From NCBI RefSeq assembly GCF_037042905.1, contig NC_087245.1:18850001-18914000 (forward strand): DNA of 64,000 nucleotides. Direction: 5' to 3'. This DNA comes from Lytechinus pictus. Its lineage: Eukaryota. The notes beneath the pieces are model-generated. The model was not told the origin of the DNA. It did not search any database and was given only the letters and a program-made list of their open reading frames with translations. Of the stretch, positions 1 through 13,070 are shown one piece after another (the first letter of the stretch is position 1; every line of letters begins with the position of its first letter). A program made the position numbers and the translations under genes.

Positions 1-1000
1 TATAGGCACAATTTTTTTCAAGGGGGCTGATAATCATTGCCCGAATATCAACTTTAGTTTTTAATTTGCGAGCGAACATTCTTTTAAATTATTATTAGCC
101 TTTTTACATGATGTGAAACGTGCAGAAATTATACATTCGGTCATAAAATTACCAATACACGAGGATATTTGGGCACCTCGCAGTCCTGAAGGTGGGAAAG
201 GTTACCCAGGGGCTGCCCAATGAAACAGTTGGGATCTTGCTACTACTGATATTTGCTATCGAGCGTTTGCACTTTATTGTCGAAATTAATTCTTTTTTGG
301 TATATCATTCCAGAAATGAAATGTATTGGATCGTGATCAACATATTTCTAATCAAGTGGTAATTGCAATGTTTATATTAAAATACTTTTTTTATTCCTCT
401 TTGAAGGTGTTACATTATGTTCCCAATTCTGCTCATTTGGAGACGTTACAAAAGAGGTATATTTGACATTGAAATCAGTTGTATTCATGTATTGATTTGC
501 ATTTGGTTTATTTCCATATACACAGTTAAAAACAAAAATAAATGCATCCATTCACTCATAAAAATTAAATATGAACGTGAAAATATATGCGACAGTAACA
601 TGATAATCACTAGATATTGGGAAAATCACTCACTCACTGGCAGGAATGTCAAAAGGTTGAGGGAATTGAAATTGGAAAAAGATAGATAGGCGGATGAAGG
701 GATCGGGTACATAGGAGAGAAAGGGGCGGCGGTAATAACCAGAGGAATGTGTAAGCAGGGGTATAGCTAGGCCTTTTCCAGTGGGGGGGGGGGGTGGGGG
801 GTGGAGGACCTTGATTATCGACAGATATCAGTACCGACTACGACCAAAACTCATCTATAACTAACTCAGGGGCAGATCCTGGATTTTCAAGGGGGACATT
901 ATTGTTTACAAAAATTTTGACAAGCCCCACCACCAAAAAGACTTCACTTTCACTGAAACGTGCCTAACAATTTACACTAAAATAATATAAAATTAATAAT

Positions 1001-1930
1001 TGCGAGCGCGAGCTGAATTCTTTCTGAAAATCTAGTCCTAAAACGATACATTTTGTGCACTTAATTATGAAAAGTATAGGTATCTTCATTAATAATTGAT
1101 GCGAGCGCGAAGCGCGAGCTAAAACTTTGATATTCCTTACTGGACCCTAGACATTCTAAGCAGTTTTACAGGATGGGTATCTAAACAGTCGTGCGGGCGC
1201 GAAGCACGATCTAAAACTTTTGATATTCCGACTTAAGAACTGGATATTCTAAGCACTTTTAGTAACCATGAACAAATTGGTTTCTAACTGAAAAATAAAT
1301 TGATGCGAGCGCGAAGAGCGAGCTGAAAATTTTAGATATTCCCCCTGAAAACTGGACATTCTAAGCACCTTTTTTTTTTTTAACTTTGAACAAGATGGTA
1401 GTTAAAAACAATCAATTGGTGTGAGCGCGAAGCGCGAGCTGAAAATTTTTGATATTTCGACCTGAAAACTTTCATTCTAAGCACTTCATTTAATTATGAA
1501 CAAGATGGAATTTTATGCGAGTGCGAAGCTCGAGCTGAAATTTTTTATATTCCAACCTAAGAACTTGATATTCTAAGCAATTTCGGAAACCGTGAACAAA
1601 TTGGTTTCTAATGATATATTTTTGATATTTTTTTTTATATTCCGACCTGAAAACCGGAAATTCTAAGCACTTCATTTAACTATGAACAGGATGGATATAC
1701 CTAAACAGTTATATGCGAGCACGAATCGCCAGCTGAAATATTTGAAATTCCGGCCTAAGAACTGGATATTAAAAGCACTTTTTGTAACTGTGAACAAATT
1801 GGTTTCTAACTAATTAATTGACGCGAGCGCAAAATGCGAGCTGAACATTTTTGATATTTCAACCTGAAAACTAGACATTTATCTTAGGTATCCAACTAAA
1901 AAATTGATGCAAGCGCGTAGCGCTAGCGAA
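1001..1930. repeat. Degenerate tandem array (~95-115 bp period) with core GCGAGCGCGAAGCGCGAGCTGAAA
   Basis: Core copies near 1001, 1101, 1193, 1305, 1421, 1517, 1715, 1823 and 1908; reverse-complement copies at about 8913 and 9299. Confidence 0.85.
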
Positions 1931-2020
1931 TATTTTTATTGTTATAATTATATTATCTAAAAGTTGTTCTCTATATTTTTCCTGTCCCTGGTCAGCCCAG
2001 TCCGTCATACTATGGCAAGT

Positions 2021-2952
2021 CATTTGTCCCATAAAAGCGATAAACTCAGTTTATTGCCGAAAAACCTAGTTTATCAATCGAAAAACTTAGTTTTTCAATC
2101 GAAAAACTTAGTTTTTCGCCGATAAACTAAGTTTATCACTTGAAAAACTAAGTTTATCATGAAAAACTAAGTTTATCGCCGAAAAACTAAGTTTTTCATT
2201 TGATAAATAGGTATTTTTTGATAAACTTAGTTTTTCAATTGAAAAACCCAAGTTTATCGGCGAAAAACTGAGTTTATCAACAAAAAAGTTTTTCAATGAA
2301 AAACTAGGTTTTTCGAGTGATAAACTTAGTTTTTCTTGATAAACTTAGATTTTCAAGCGATAAACTGAGTTTTTCATTTGATAAACAGAGTTATTTGATA
2401 AACTAAGTTTTTCAATTTCGAAAAACCTAGTTTATCGAAATCGAAAAACCTAGTTTATCGAAATTGAAAAACCGAGTTTATCACTTGAAAAACCTAGTTT
2501 ATCTCCTTTATGGGACAAATGGCGTTCTTCGAAAAACTCAGTTTATCACTTGAAAAACCTAGTTTATCGCTTCTATGGGACAAATGGCGTTCTTCGAAAA
2601 ACTCAGTTTATCAGATTCGAAAAACTTAGTTTATCAGAATTGAAAAACTAAGTTTATCACTTGAAAAACCTAGTTTTCGCCGATAAACTAAGTTTATCAC
2701 TTGAAAAACTCAGTTTATCTAGAAAAACTCAGTTTATCAGTCGAAAAACTTAGTTTGTCAAGAAACTCTGCTTTTCACTTGAAAACCTAGTTTTTCATTG
2801 AAAAACTTAGTTTTTCAATTGAAAAACTTAGTTTTTCTAGATAAACTGAGTTTTTCAAGTGATGAACTTAGTTTATCGGCGAAAAACTAGGTTTTTCAAG
2901 TGATAAACTTAGTTTATCGGCGAAAAACTAGGTTTTTCAAGTGATAAACTTA
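2021..2952. repeat. Foldback-like array of ~22-bp units (GAAAAACT[A/C]AGTTTATC) in both orientations
   Basis: Dozens of units on both strands; 26-bp inverted repeat at 2021-2046 versus 2561-2586 with 1 mismatch. Confidence 0.85.
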
Positions 2953-3376
2953 CTATCGGTAAAGAGAGCTCTAAAAGTCGCATTGCGTAAAAATCACAAT
3001 TTACCGATAAAAGTGTACAGTTTAATTAACATTTACCGACAAAGATGTTGGAAGTAAAAAACCGAATCAGTTGGAACAGCCCCGTGTGCCCGACAGTTTA
3101 TCATTTTTTTCCCGACAGTCTGCAGTCCAGTTTTTGTTTTCCATTTCTCTTAAACTCTTTCTTCTTTTTCCCCTTCCCCCCTTTTTCCTCTTTTCTTTCC
3201 CTTTTCTTTTCTTTTTTTTTTGCTTGTGACTCGTCAGGGGGGGGGGGGCAGTCTGCCCCCCTGCCCCCCTTAGGTACGCCAGTGTTTACGTGCCAATCAT
3301 GTATTTTAGATGGTGAATATGCTTCCTCACTTTGAATACTTCACAGATTGTTTACTTCAGACGAGTCTAGTCTACC

Positions 3377-3778
3377 ATGATTGATCTATCAAACACTTCT
3401 TTCATGCCGGAAGATGAGGAGGAGGAGGACAACCTAGGTCCGAGGAAGGGTCTGGCGGGATTCATGGGCACAATTGCAGTCTTGGGATTCTTCGGAAACT
3501 CCCTTGTCGTTCTTGCTGTCGTCTTGTATCCAAAGCTGCGGACAATTACCAACGTGTATCTCACAAGCCTTGCCTGCAGCGATATCCTTTTGAGTTTAAC
3601 CATTCCGTGGCTGATTGTCGGGTTGGTATCGCCTCAAGGATGGCCACTATCGGATGAGAGCTGTATATTGGTGGCTATTCTCCGATTCACCTGTAGCGGT
3701 AGCAGTGTGTGGCATTTGGTTGCTATCGGATTCAACCGAATGATCCTCATCACAACTTCAAGTGAAACTTACAGAAAG
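3377..3778 (+). CDS. Class A GPCR (melatonin receptor/moody/Tre1-like), coding exon 1 (TM1-TM3)
   Basis: ATG at 3377 (ACC ATG A). TM1 'GFFGNSLVV', TM2 'LTSLACSDIL', ECL1 'GWP...C', TM3 ending 'AIGFNRM'. Donor AAG|gtaatg after 3778, phase 0. An acceptor-like 'tttacttcag' ending at 3360 suggests an upstream non-coding exon. Confidence 0.9.
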
Positions 3779-4054
3779 GTAATGTATTATTAAAGGTTCC
3801 TTCGAATAATTATCCTTCAATAGATACGTTGTTAATCATCACATTCTCTCTGTATGCTCTTTTGAAGAAACGTGTGGATAATAAGAGAAAATCCTCTCAC
3901 CCTCCTGCACAAAAAGATTCACTGCACAACCTTCATTCTCACAGCCATCATTTGCCTGGATGGAATGATATAAAAAAAACCCAGAAGTTTTGTTTGGAAT
4001 GTATATATAGTGGACTTGCATGATTATTGCAATCTAATCCCATTTTCTCATCAG

Positions 4055-4519
4055 ATATACAGCCGTGCTAACACTGCCATTATTCTCTTGGTCACGTGGT
4101 TAATTCCTTTCACCGTCATCATAGTACCTTATGCCATTGGTGCCACGGAACTCGGCTATGATGACGGTCCTCATCTCTGCAGTGACATCGAAGACCGGCC
4201 AGACGGAACGGAGAATCTCCTCCACACCTACATAGCTGGTACCTTCTTAACATGCATCCCGTTGTTCACCGTGTTATGCGTATACCTCCGCATCTATGTT
4301 CATGTCCGACTGCACGTGCGGAAGCAGAATGCGTGGTCTTCGGGGCATCAGAAGCAGCAGCAGCAGAACAATGTGGTAGCTACCGTAAGTTCAACTGTTC
4401 AAGACCAAGGATCAACCGAGAAGCAAAGCAAAGAAGGCACTAACAGTAGCGAAGGTGTTAGTGAGAACAACGCAGGCGGAGGTAGCCAATCCAAAGCAGC
4501 TCATGAAAATAAAACAAAG
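4055..4519 (+). CDS. Class A GPCR coding exon 2 (TM4-TM5 and long ICL3)
   Basis: Acceptor ttttctcatcag|ATA. TM4 'VTWLIP', ECL2 Cys 'HLCS', TM5 'IPLFTVLCVYLRIY'. Donor AAG|gtataa; 465 nt, phase 0-0. Confidence 0.88.
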
Positions 4520-4949
4520 GTATAATCATTAGTATCCTGCCGATTTGGAGTTGTCTTACTTGTGCACTAGGATGAATCTTAGATGGTGGTAGAAGTACGA
4601 AATACTCCTTCGGTCCCTAAATCTCTAACATTTGCTTTTACCACAGGAATGTGAGAAGTTTCTGACATCGGAGCATCTCAGAGTGTCGAGTTCCTTTAAA
4701 AAATTCTTGCTTATAAAATGTATGACCCATATTTGCATGGAATCAATCAATCAATTTGCTTTTACCAAACCAAATGGTACCACTCTTTAACATATCACAC
4801 TTCTGGAAGTATAGGATATAGTTAGGTGGGAGCAAGATTTACAGCTTGTCTTTTAGATTTCTAGTCTTGATTAACATGACTATGCCCGTAAATTATTAAT
4901 ATTTTAAATCTTCTACTTCTTAGACTTCTTATATGTCTTCTCCATGCAG

Positions 4950-5279
4950 AATCCCACCGCTGCCACCAATAAACCACCAGCCAAGAAAGGCAACGACCTC
5001 GAGACCCGTATCACAAAGAACACTTTCTACGTGGTCGTTGGGTTCCTCCTATGCGTTGTTCCATACGGCATCTGTGTCCTCAACCGATTTGGGCCCGATG
5101 GTACACCTTTAGGTCAAGGTTTCCTTTTGTTCAACGTTTGCATGAACCCAATAATCTACGGCACCAAGCACCCACACTTCAGGGCGGCCATCAGAAATAT
5201 CTTCATGGGTCGAGTTTCGGGCCCACTGGCCACGTCTAATTCAGTTGGACCAGTCAGTCAAACACAAGGCACTACTTGA
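4950..5279 (+). CDS. Class A GPCR coding exon 3 (TM6-TM7, helix 8, stop)
   Basis: Acceptor tcttctccatgcag|AAT. TM6 'FLLCVVPY', TM7 'NVCMNPIIY', helix 8 'HPHFRAA'; TGA ends at 5279. Spliced total about 398 aa. Confidence 0.9.
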   Translation, partial: NPTAATNKPPAKKGNDLETRITKNTFYVVVGFLLCVVPYGICVLNRFGPDGTPLGQGFLLFNVCMNPIIYGTKHPHFRAAIRNIFMGRVSGPLATSNSVGPVSQTQGTT

Positions 5280-7859
5280 TTATCATATGAATTCTAGACT
5301 GTCTCTGATAAATGACATTTATTTGAACCGTATGGAAAATAATCATAGTTTGGTTTGATTTTTCGCACCACCGTAGACCTTGCACCGTGGTAGGATGTGG
5401 GTGATATTATTCACCCGACGTTTCGCAAATAACAAACTGTCTATGTAACTAACTATTGATTAATTGTGGGTCAGGTTATGGCTAAAATTGTACATTCGTT
5501 CTCATGTCTTCATCTAATTTTCCGTATACAACTAATATGACGTTGACAGTCGTTTGAGTTGAATATTGACTTACAAATTTTTTTTTTTCTGACTTATCAA
5601 ACAGATCGATCATTGCGATCATATTTACTGGGTGAAAGACATAAGTATTTGCAATATAATGAAACTTCCCCAAGCAAGCGTATAACATTCATTTTCATTG
5701 TCCATGGCGGACTAATATAAGCATGCATGTCAGTTTAAATCAGGGGAACTGAGGGCTCTGTTCTTATTTCATATCATGATCATGGACCAGTGATGGCCTG
5801 GTGGTACATTCGCTGACCGGCAATCATGAGAGGGTCAAATCCTGCTGGTTTCTAGATTTTTTCTGACTTATCAGATAAATCGATCAATGCGATCTTATTT
5901 ACTGGGTGAAAGCCATAATTTTTTACAATGAAATAAAATAATAATTGGTAAAGTATATCCTGTCAGACATACACCAAGTTGTTTTGGCGTCTGGCTTCTT
6001 TTGGTTGTTCGTTATATTAAATCATTTAAGAATCCACAATAATCGTTCACCGCAAAGTACAACAAGCATTATTATTAAAACCCATGGAAATTTGTCAACC
6101 CAATTTTAAGTTTGAAAGTAAGGTGTCACCTAGAAATCAATTGTGCTTGGCTTGTCAAGTGTAAATGTATGAATGAGCACATTATTATTATTATTATCAT
6201 TATATTTATCAGGGACACGATGCACTATAGTATCAAAGAATATTTAATGAGATTTACAATTTACGAAGATCACTGATATTTTATTGATTTGTAAATTGAA
6301 CGTCGGGTTATCAGGCCTTGTTTACACTTAGTCCTAATGAGAAATGTATATTTTTTTAAGGTTACCTGTACTAAATACAACAGCGTCTGTTTTCTTCCAA
6401 GGATATTACATTAAATTTTTCATTCCAATATCCGAGAATCACCAGACTACTCCGTCGAATAGAGTAATAAATAATGTGAATTTTCATTCGAAATCAATAG
6501 CGTGATTGATTCAATTTCTATGTGCATGATGTGTCGGTCACAACGGCCTAAAATAAAATATTTATGAAAAAACCTTGAGATGTTGGTATAAAATAACTTT
6601 TAAGAGAATAAATAAGTAATACGAAAAACCTGGTCGGTTACAGTGTGTGTTCGCAGCATGATGAGAAGATTTGACAGTAATATTTGGACATATTTCACTC
6701 TCAATCTCGGGCAAAGGCAAGAGTGATCGATCATTAATTCATAAAAATCAATAAGTGGTGCAGCATGTAAAATCTGCTTGATTTATTGATTTTTATTCCT
6801 GAAGATTTTGGTAAATAAAAACATTCTCCATACATGAGAATATCGATTACCCTTGACATTTTCCCTATCCGGAATTGACATCTTCTTATCTATTCCTATT
6901 TTGGAAAATCCATCTAAATGTATTCCTGAATTACACAATCAATCAAGTATTGGTGAAAAGGGGGAGAGAGAGAGAGAGAAGGGGGGGGGGGGGTATACTA
7001 CATCATATGGAACCAAGAAATGAAACGGACCTTTCTTCTTTTATAAGGAGTGGTGCAGATAACATACGAAATGGAGTTTCATTTATTCACTTTTCTATGT
7101 CAAACAACTTCAGATTTTGTTAAATGCTGCCTTTACTGACTGCTGCATTTCGTAGAGCTATTTTACAAAAAAGTAGATTTTATTCTTCATATAAAGATGT
7201 GGATTTATGAAATATGTATGTAAGGGATTATATTTATATTGTATTTGGTTGATGTTGATTATCATCGTACTGAAAATGATTGTTTCATATTTTTTTATAT
7301 AGCAGTGACAAGAATTATTGTTTTGAGCACTGCACTAAATGTGTTTTGAAAAATCGATATTTTAACTGATATCTGTATATTCTTCGGAAAATAGAAGATA
7401 TATTTTCCTCCTTAAGTGAAGTACCTACATGTACATTTATGTCCAGGTTTTCACACATGTTCAGTCTCTATAGAAAGGTTTCATTTCTTCACCCATCAAT
7501 CCATCCTGACACCTGTTAAATCTTGCTCGAAATTACACAAATTTTTCTTCAAACAAATTGCATGTATGTTTTCACAAATGACTTTTGTGGTTGATACTCA
7601 GTGGCGGATCCAGGGGGTGGCGCAGGGGGCGCGCGCCCCCCTAATATTCGGCGCCGCTCAAAAAAAAAAAAAAGGAAAAGAAAGAAAAGGCGCTGCTTGA
7701 AAAAATAAAAATAAAGGAAAGAAAAGAAAAGGCGCCGCTTAAAAAAATTATACACTGATATAATATTAGCAACAGTAAGGAAAGACTATCCCCCAGCAAA
7801 GCACAATGAATCATATCATCTTCCTTATCTTTTCTTTTAACTACCCTTTTCCCAACAAC

Positions 7860-8610
7860 TTCGCCGGTTAAAAATAATCAGCAGTGCGCTGCCTGCATAT
7901 AACTGGCGCCAATCAAGAATAATCAGCGCCATCTTAATCTAAATCGGCGCCGGACAAGAATAATCAGCGCCATTTGGTTATAAATCGGCGCCAGTCGAAA
8001 AAAATCGGCACTGCCAGAGTCTTAACTGGCGCCGATCAAGGATAATCTGCGCCACCTAAATCTAAATCGGCACCAGATAAAAATAATCGGCGCCATCTGG
8101 TTATAAATCGGCGCCGGTACAGAAAAATCGACGCTGCCTGAGTTCTTAACCGGCGCCGATCAAGGATAATCAGCGCCACCTAAATCTAAATCGGGGCCGG
8201 GCAAGAATAAACGGCGCCATCTGGTTATAAATCGGCGCCGGTAAAGAAAAATCGGCGCTGCCTGAGTTCGTAACCGGTGCCGATCAAGGATAATCAGCGC
8301 CACCTATACTATATCTAAATCGGGGATAGTCAAGAATAATCAGCGCCATCTGGTTATAAATCGGCGCTGCCTGAGTCTTAACCGCGGCGCCGATCAAGAA
8401 TAATCAGCTCCACCTAAATCTAAATCGGCGCCGGACAAGAATAATCAGCACCACCTGGTTAAAAATCGGCGCCAGTCAAGAATAATCGGCGCCTTCTGGT
8501 TCTAAATCGGCGCCAGTCAATTATGAATTGCCGCTGCCTGAATCTTACGTGACGTCGGTAAAAATAATCAGCACTACTTGTTCTAAATCGGCGCCGGTCA
8601 AGAATAATCA
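7860..8610. repeat. GGCGCC-rich satellite with ~21-bp subunits and a 124-bp higher-order period
   Basis: GATCAAG anchors at 8034, 8158 and 8282 (124-bp spacing) and at 8392. Confidence 0.9.
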
Positions 8611-9341
8611 GAGCAAATCCTTTAATTTTGATCTTATTTTCCAATGCTTTAATAAAAAGAAGGTCAGTCACTTTTCTTCTTTACACATTCCACACTGTGC
8701 CACCTCTATGGCCTTTAGTTTAAGACAGCTACTAGTGTTTTATGAAGATGATTCGATATTTTAGCCCAAAACTTTGCTAAAACCCGTTGCTAGTACCGGG
8801 AGTGTATAATTACGCAACCAGTCGTATATTGAGATTGAGCTGCACAACTCGTTCTTTATTTAAAATCGTGCTTAAATTATCCGCTTCTCAGATTGGAATA
8901 TAATTTTTTTTAGCTCGCGCTTCGTGCTCGCATTATTTCTGTAGCAAAACCCCATACTTTTCATGATTAAATAGGTGAATAGAATGTCCCTTTTTTAGGA
9001 CTAAACGTCAAAAGAACCCCCGCTTCGATTTGCAATAATCTTTTGCTGGATATAATCTTGTTCTTTATTACAAACGTCCATTAAACTGGCATCTATTGTT
9101 TCTCTTAGATACCCATCTTAATCATTGGTACCAAAAATGCATAGAATATCAAGTTTTCTGGTCAGAATATAAAGAAATTTCAGCTCGGCACTCGCATTAT
9201 CTGTGTAGTGAGATATATATCCTCCTCATGAGTTACTACAAACAGTCCTAAACAGGCACATTTTTCCTGTTTTCAGGTCAGTATACTAAAAAATTTCAGC
9301 TCACGCTTCGCGCTCGCATTAATTTGTTGGTGAGATATGTG

Positions 9342-9348
<7 letters not shown>

Positions 9349-9437
<89 letters not shown>
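9349..9437. repeat. (AT)n microsatellite
   Basis: Uninterrupted AT run of about 88 bp. Confidence 0.98.
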
Positions 9438-9439
<2 letters not shown>

Positions 9440-11149
9440 TATATGTGTGTGTGTGTTTGTGTGAGTTTGTTTGTTTTGTGTGATATCGAGCGCCTTTGGA
9501 AAGTTGATTCATGATTTTGCCCCCCAAATCTTAAAAAAAGGATCGACGCCCCTGTGTATATATATATATATACATATAGTAAAAAAAACTTGTCTCTCTA
9601 TTAATATACAAAAGTATTGACCTCATCGCAATAAAAGGGTTAATACACGAGATTTTGAAATCGCACATAACATGCATAATTTGTGTTACTTTTTGCTTGT
9701 TTCTTTCTTTAATAAGTTTTTCAATCTCTCTCTATATATGTTTTAGAAAGATTATATGTTTAAATTGATGTATATTTTCTGTTATAATGAGATATGTTTA
9801 AGTGGACTTCAGGGAATGGTCGTACGCAGCAAGGGGGAAGGGGGGGGGGGGCACATTCGCGATCTGGTGTTGTGAAAACAATTTTTTTTCCTTAACATTT
9901 CATGAAAACTATGAAAAATGTGCAAATGTGAGATGTGCACCAAATTTTCGAGTCTTGCCCCCCCCCCCTGAAATATTATCTGCGTGTGGTCATGCAAAAT
10001 GGCATGACCGGAAATCCTACATTTTGAAAAGAGCATTTGACAGGGTCAGATTTTACCCCTTTTTCAACATTTTCTTTTATGGCGCCGGTGAAGTGCAAAA
10101 ATATGTGCGCCGCTCGGCAGTGCGCCCCCCCCCCCTTTCGCCAAAAGCTGGATCCGCCTATGATACTTGCACTGATTAATGAATAATAAATTAACCTGTT
10201 TGTATATTCTTCTCTGAAATAAACTTGAATTTCACATTCTTATTTATGTTGGACTTATCGCTTATAATTGCAAATGCTTAATAATGCATTATTTTGTCTG
10301 TTTGTCCATATGTGATTATAGGCTTTACCCTAAGCAGTCATTGAGAGGGGATTTCAGCAAGAGCGGAAGCCAAGAGTTTGTTTGAGTTAAAAAAAATGGG
10401 GGGAAAATAGGTGAACGAGCATGACGAGGGAATAACAAAGGGGAGATTGAAGTGGAGAGAGAGAAAACAAATTTGTGCAAGTGTGTGTGTGTGTGTGTGT
10501 AAAGAGAGAGGGGGTGGGTGAGGGAGGGAGGGAGAGAGGAAGTGAGAAAGAAAGAGATTAACATCTACGTTTCAATATTTTTTTCTGCTTTTCTTAAAAT
10601 CTACCATGTTTAAGTCAGGGACATAGCGGAAACGGAGCAACCGTTTCGCTGCCCACCACTCTATTTTCCATGAGTTGTTCAAAAAAATATTTGCTATCAG
10701 AACGTACATTACTTTGCATATCTATAAACAGCATGATTAGACTTCTGAATTTACACCTGCAAGATAGTTATCGACAATTAAGAAGTTGGACCCAAAACAC
10801 TTCCTTGCGGAACCCTCTTAGTACTTCTCCCTATATAGAAGGAATCTTTTCCACAACTCCTCATGGTTGTCTACCTGTTAGAAACGACTGAAAGTGCACG
10901 GAACCAGGGAGATTTGAATTTCGTCTCCCTGCAAAAATCAAAGAATTTCAGCTTTCTCGAGACTGCATACAAAATTGGCATCATTAATTTTTCCTCATCG
11001 ATCTAGACATCGAGCACTTGTCTTAAGTTAGGAATAAAAAACGACTAGGAAAAAAACTCCACGTTGACAGGAGATAGTGAAGCATATGTTATTTGGACAC
11101 AATCTTCATAGAAAATTAGTAACCTTCGCCTAACTGAATTATCTGTCAC

Positions 11150-11798
11150 ACGATGGTACAGCTCATAGAGATATTTTTGTTTCAATACTACTACCCATTC
11201 TCACCAAACTCGTAGACAATTTGATTTTCACATGCCCCCCGTCCGTACTACTTTTACTCCAAAAACTAATGTATTCAGGTCCCAACTTATGGAACTCTCT
11301 TCCCCCTACACTTAAAAATAGTTTATCTCTTAATGGTTTTCAAAGTCAGTACAAAGAAATTCTGTTTACAACGTTCCTATCCAATAACAATTTTTGAGTT
11401 TGCCCTTCTAAACTTATTCTCACGAATTTCACCTGTCGATTTTCTGTGACTCTCCACATACGCTAGTCCTTTACCTTTTTTTCTATCATGTTTTCTAGAA
11501 AGGCAAACACTTAATTTTAGCTTTGTTAATGTTTGTTTAACCCTTGTATATTTTTGTCTTTGTATGTTCTATTTTGTATCCCTTCTTTTTCTTTCTTTAC
11601 TGGGCTGGAACTTCTAAGATCCAACAGATCTTTCATGCCAGTCCACATCCGAAGCCTGTCTTGTACACTATTTACTGTATTATAATTTTCGTTACTTTGT
11701 TTTGTTCTTTCTTGCCATTATGTATTTCTTATTTACCTATATATATTTATGTTATTTTTATCGAGTGAAATAAAATGAATTGAAAAAAGTTGAATTGA
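11150..11798 (+). mobile_element. 5'-truncated CR1/L2-type LINE 3' end
   Basis: From 11278 reads GPNLWNSLPPTLKNSLSLNGFQSQYKEIL, typical of the CR1-clade ORF2 C-terminus. Followed by a T-rich 3' UTR, AATAAA and a TGAAT-like repeat tail. Confidence 0.65.
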
Positions 11799-12478
11799 AA
11801 TCCACCTCTATGTGTAAACTTCATCGGACCATCGTAGATGGCGTAGTTGATGATGCAACTCAACGAAGTATTGTTTAACATTTTTCGCGACTCTCACACG
11901 CGAATCGGATGAACCAGCCTCCACAAATATGTGGACGCAGTCATTACAAAAAATATTTTGATTCATTTAAATTTTCCACAATTTACCCCCACGCTTCCGA
12001 ACCATACTAGGCCTAGTCATTATTATCTGCTATTAATGTGATTACTATTTTAAAAAGTAACTTGTAACATTAATAAACTTCCAATCTAATGGTTGTAGTC
12101 AGCTAATTTTTGTTAAAAGAGTGGACGGGTGAAAGCAGTTCTGGACCCTTCTCTTAAAACGGCAAGCCTCAATTAAAAACCCCAGTGTTAGTATGAATAA
12201 TTTCAATAAATTACCAAATCTGCGTTGGTCTAACCATCGAATTGTAATACTACGCACATGAATGTTCCTTTGTTGTTTTAAATAAGGATATTCTGGCTTC
12301 GTGTCAGTAGTATCAATTTGGTAGATGAACACAATTTTTAGAATATAAAAAATATCCGAGTATGATCTGGTAGCCCCCCCAAAAAAACAACAAAATAAAT
12401 TTATGAGGCTCTTACCAAATGAGTATTTCTGCCCAGGAATTATTCAAAAGGGTTTGTTTTATCCTGAAATGAATTGAA

Positions 12479-12619
12479 CAGTCACATTTCCCCTACGGCG
12501 AGTCGAAAACAGCCGCTTTCACATTTTTTGTACCAACTACATACAGGAGGTTTGAATAAAAATGAATAAAACTGCTGTTTTTGACCGACCGTACGACCAC
12601 CGTAGGGGAAATGTGACTG
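12479..12619. mobile_element. MITE, related to the copy at 49028
   Basis: Perfect 20-bp inverted repeat CAGTCACATTTCCCCTACGG / CCGTAGGGGAAATGTGACTG; shares internal GAGTCGAAAACAG with 49028-49179. Confidence 0.8.
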
Positions 12620-13070
12620 CAGCATAAATCTGTTTCCATCTTCCTATAAAGATTAGTTGTGCTTATTTACACTCCCCTGGTCTCACGCTCTTTTACAATT
12701 TGCAAAAAGTTTTATCATCTTGTTTATATTTATTCTTTATCCAACCTCTTACACTGAAATTAGAGTTATATCTTTAGTGTGGACTACAGCCATATTCAAG
12801 TTTAATCCAGCAATTGAAATATGACATTTTGTTTGCCTAAATTGTGTATCATGAAAATATTTGAGTTTACAATCAACTTGGAGTACACCAAGCCAAGTAT
12901 CATTATATTCTCAATCACTTTGGATCATATCACCTAACATAGGGATATACAGATGCAGTTTATATTGTTTTATTGTGATCTGACAGGGAATTTATTCTTG
13001 ACAATGCATCAGGGAAAACTTAAAAGCACCTTTTAGGAACTTTATAATGTTGTAAGTATTCCAAAGACCA

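Larger units (their letters stand above)
7599..10162. mobile_element. Composite non-autonomous TIR element with internal satellites
   Basis: Ends CAGTGGCGGATCCAG and CTGGATCCGCCTATG (15-bp TIR, 2 mismatches), flanked on both sides by ATACT (5-bp TSD candidate). No transposase ORF. Confidence 0.6.

Noticed and set aside
2021..2952. CRISPR-like appearance of short regular repeats (also 7860-8610 and 1001-1930)
   Set aside because: No unique spacers, mixed orientation, no cas genes, eukaryotic context.
9273..9527. (YI)n ORF
   Set aside because: Product of the (AT)n microsatellite.
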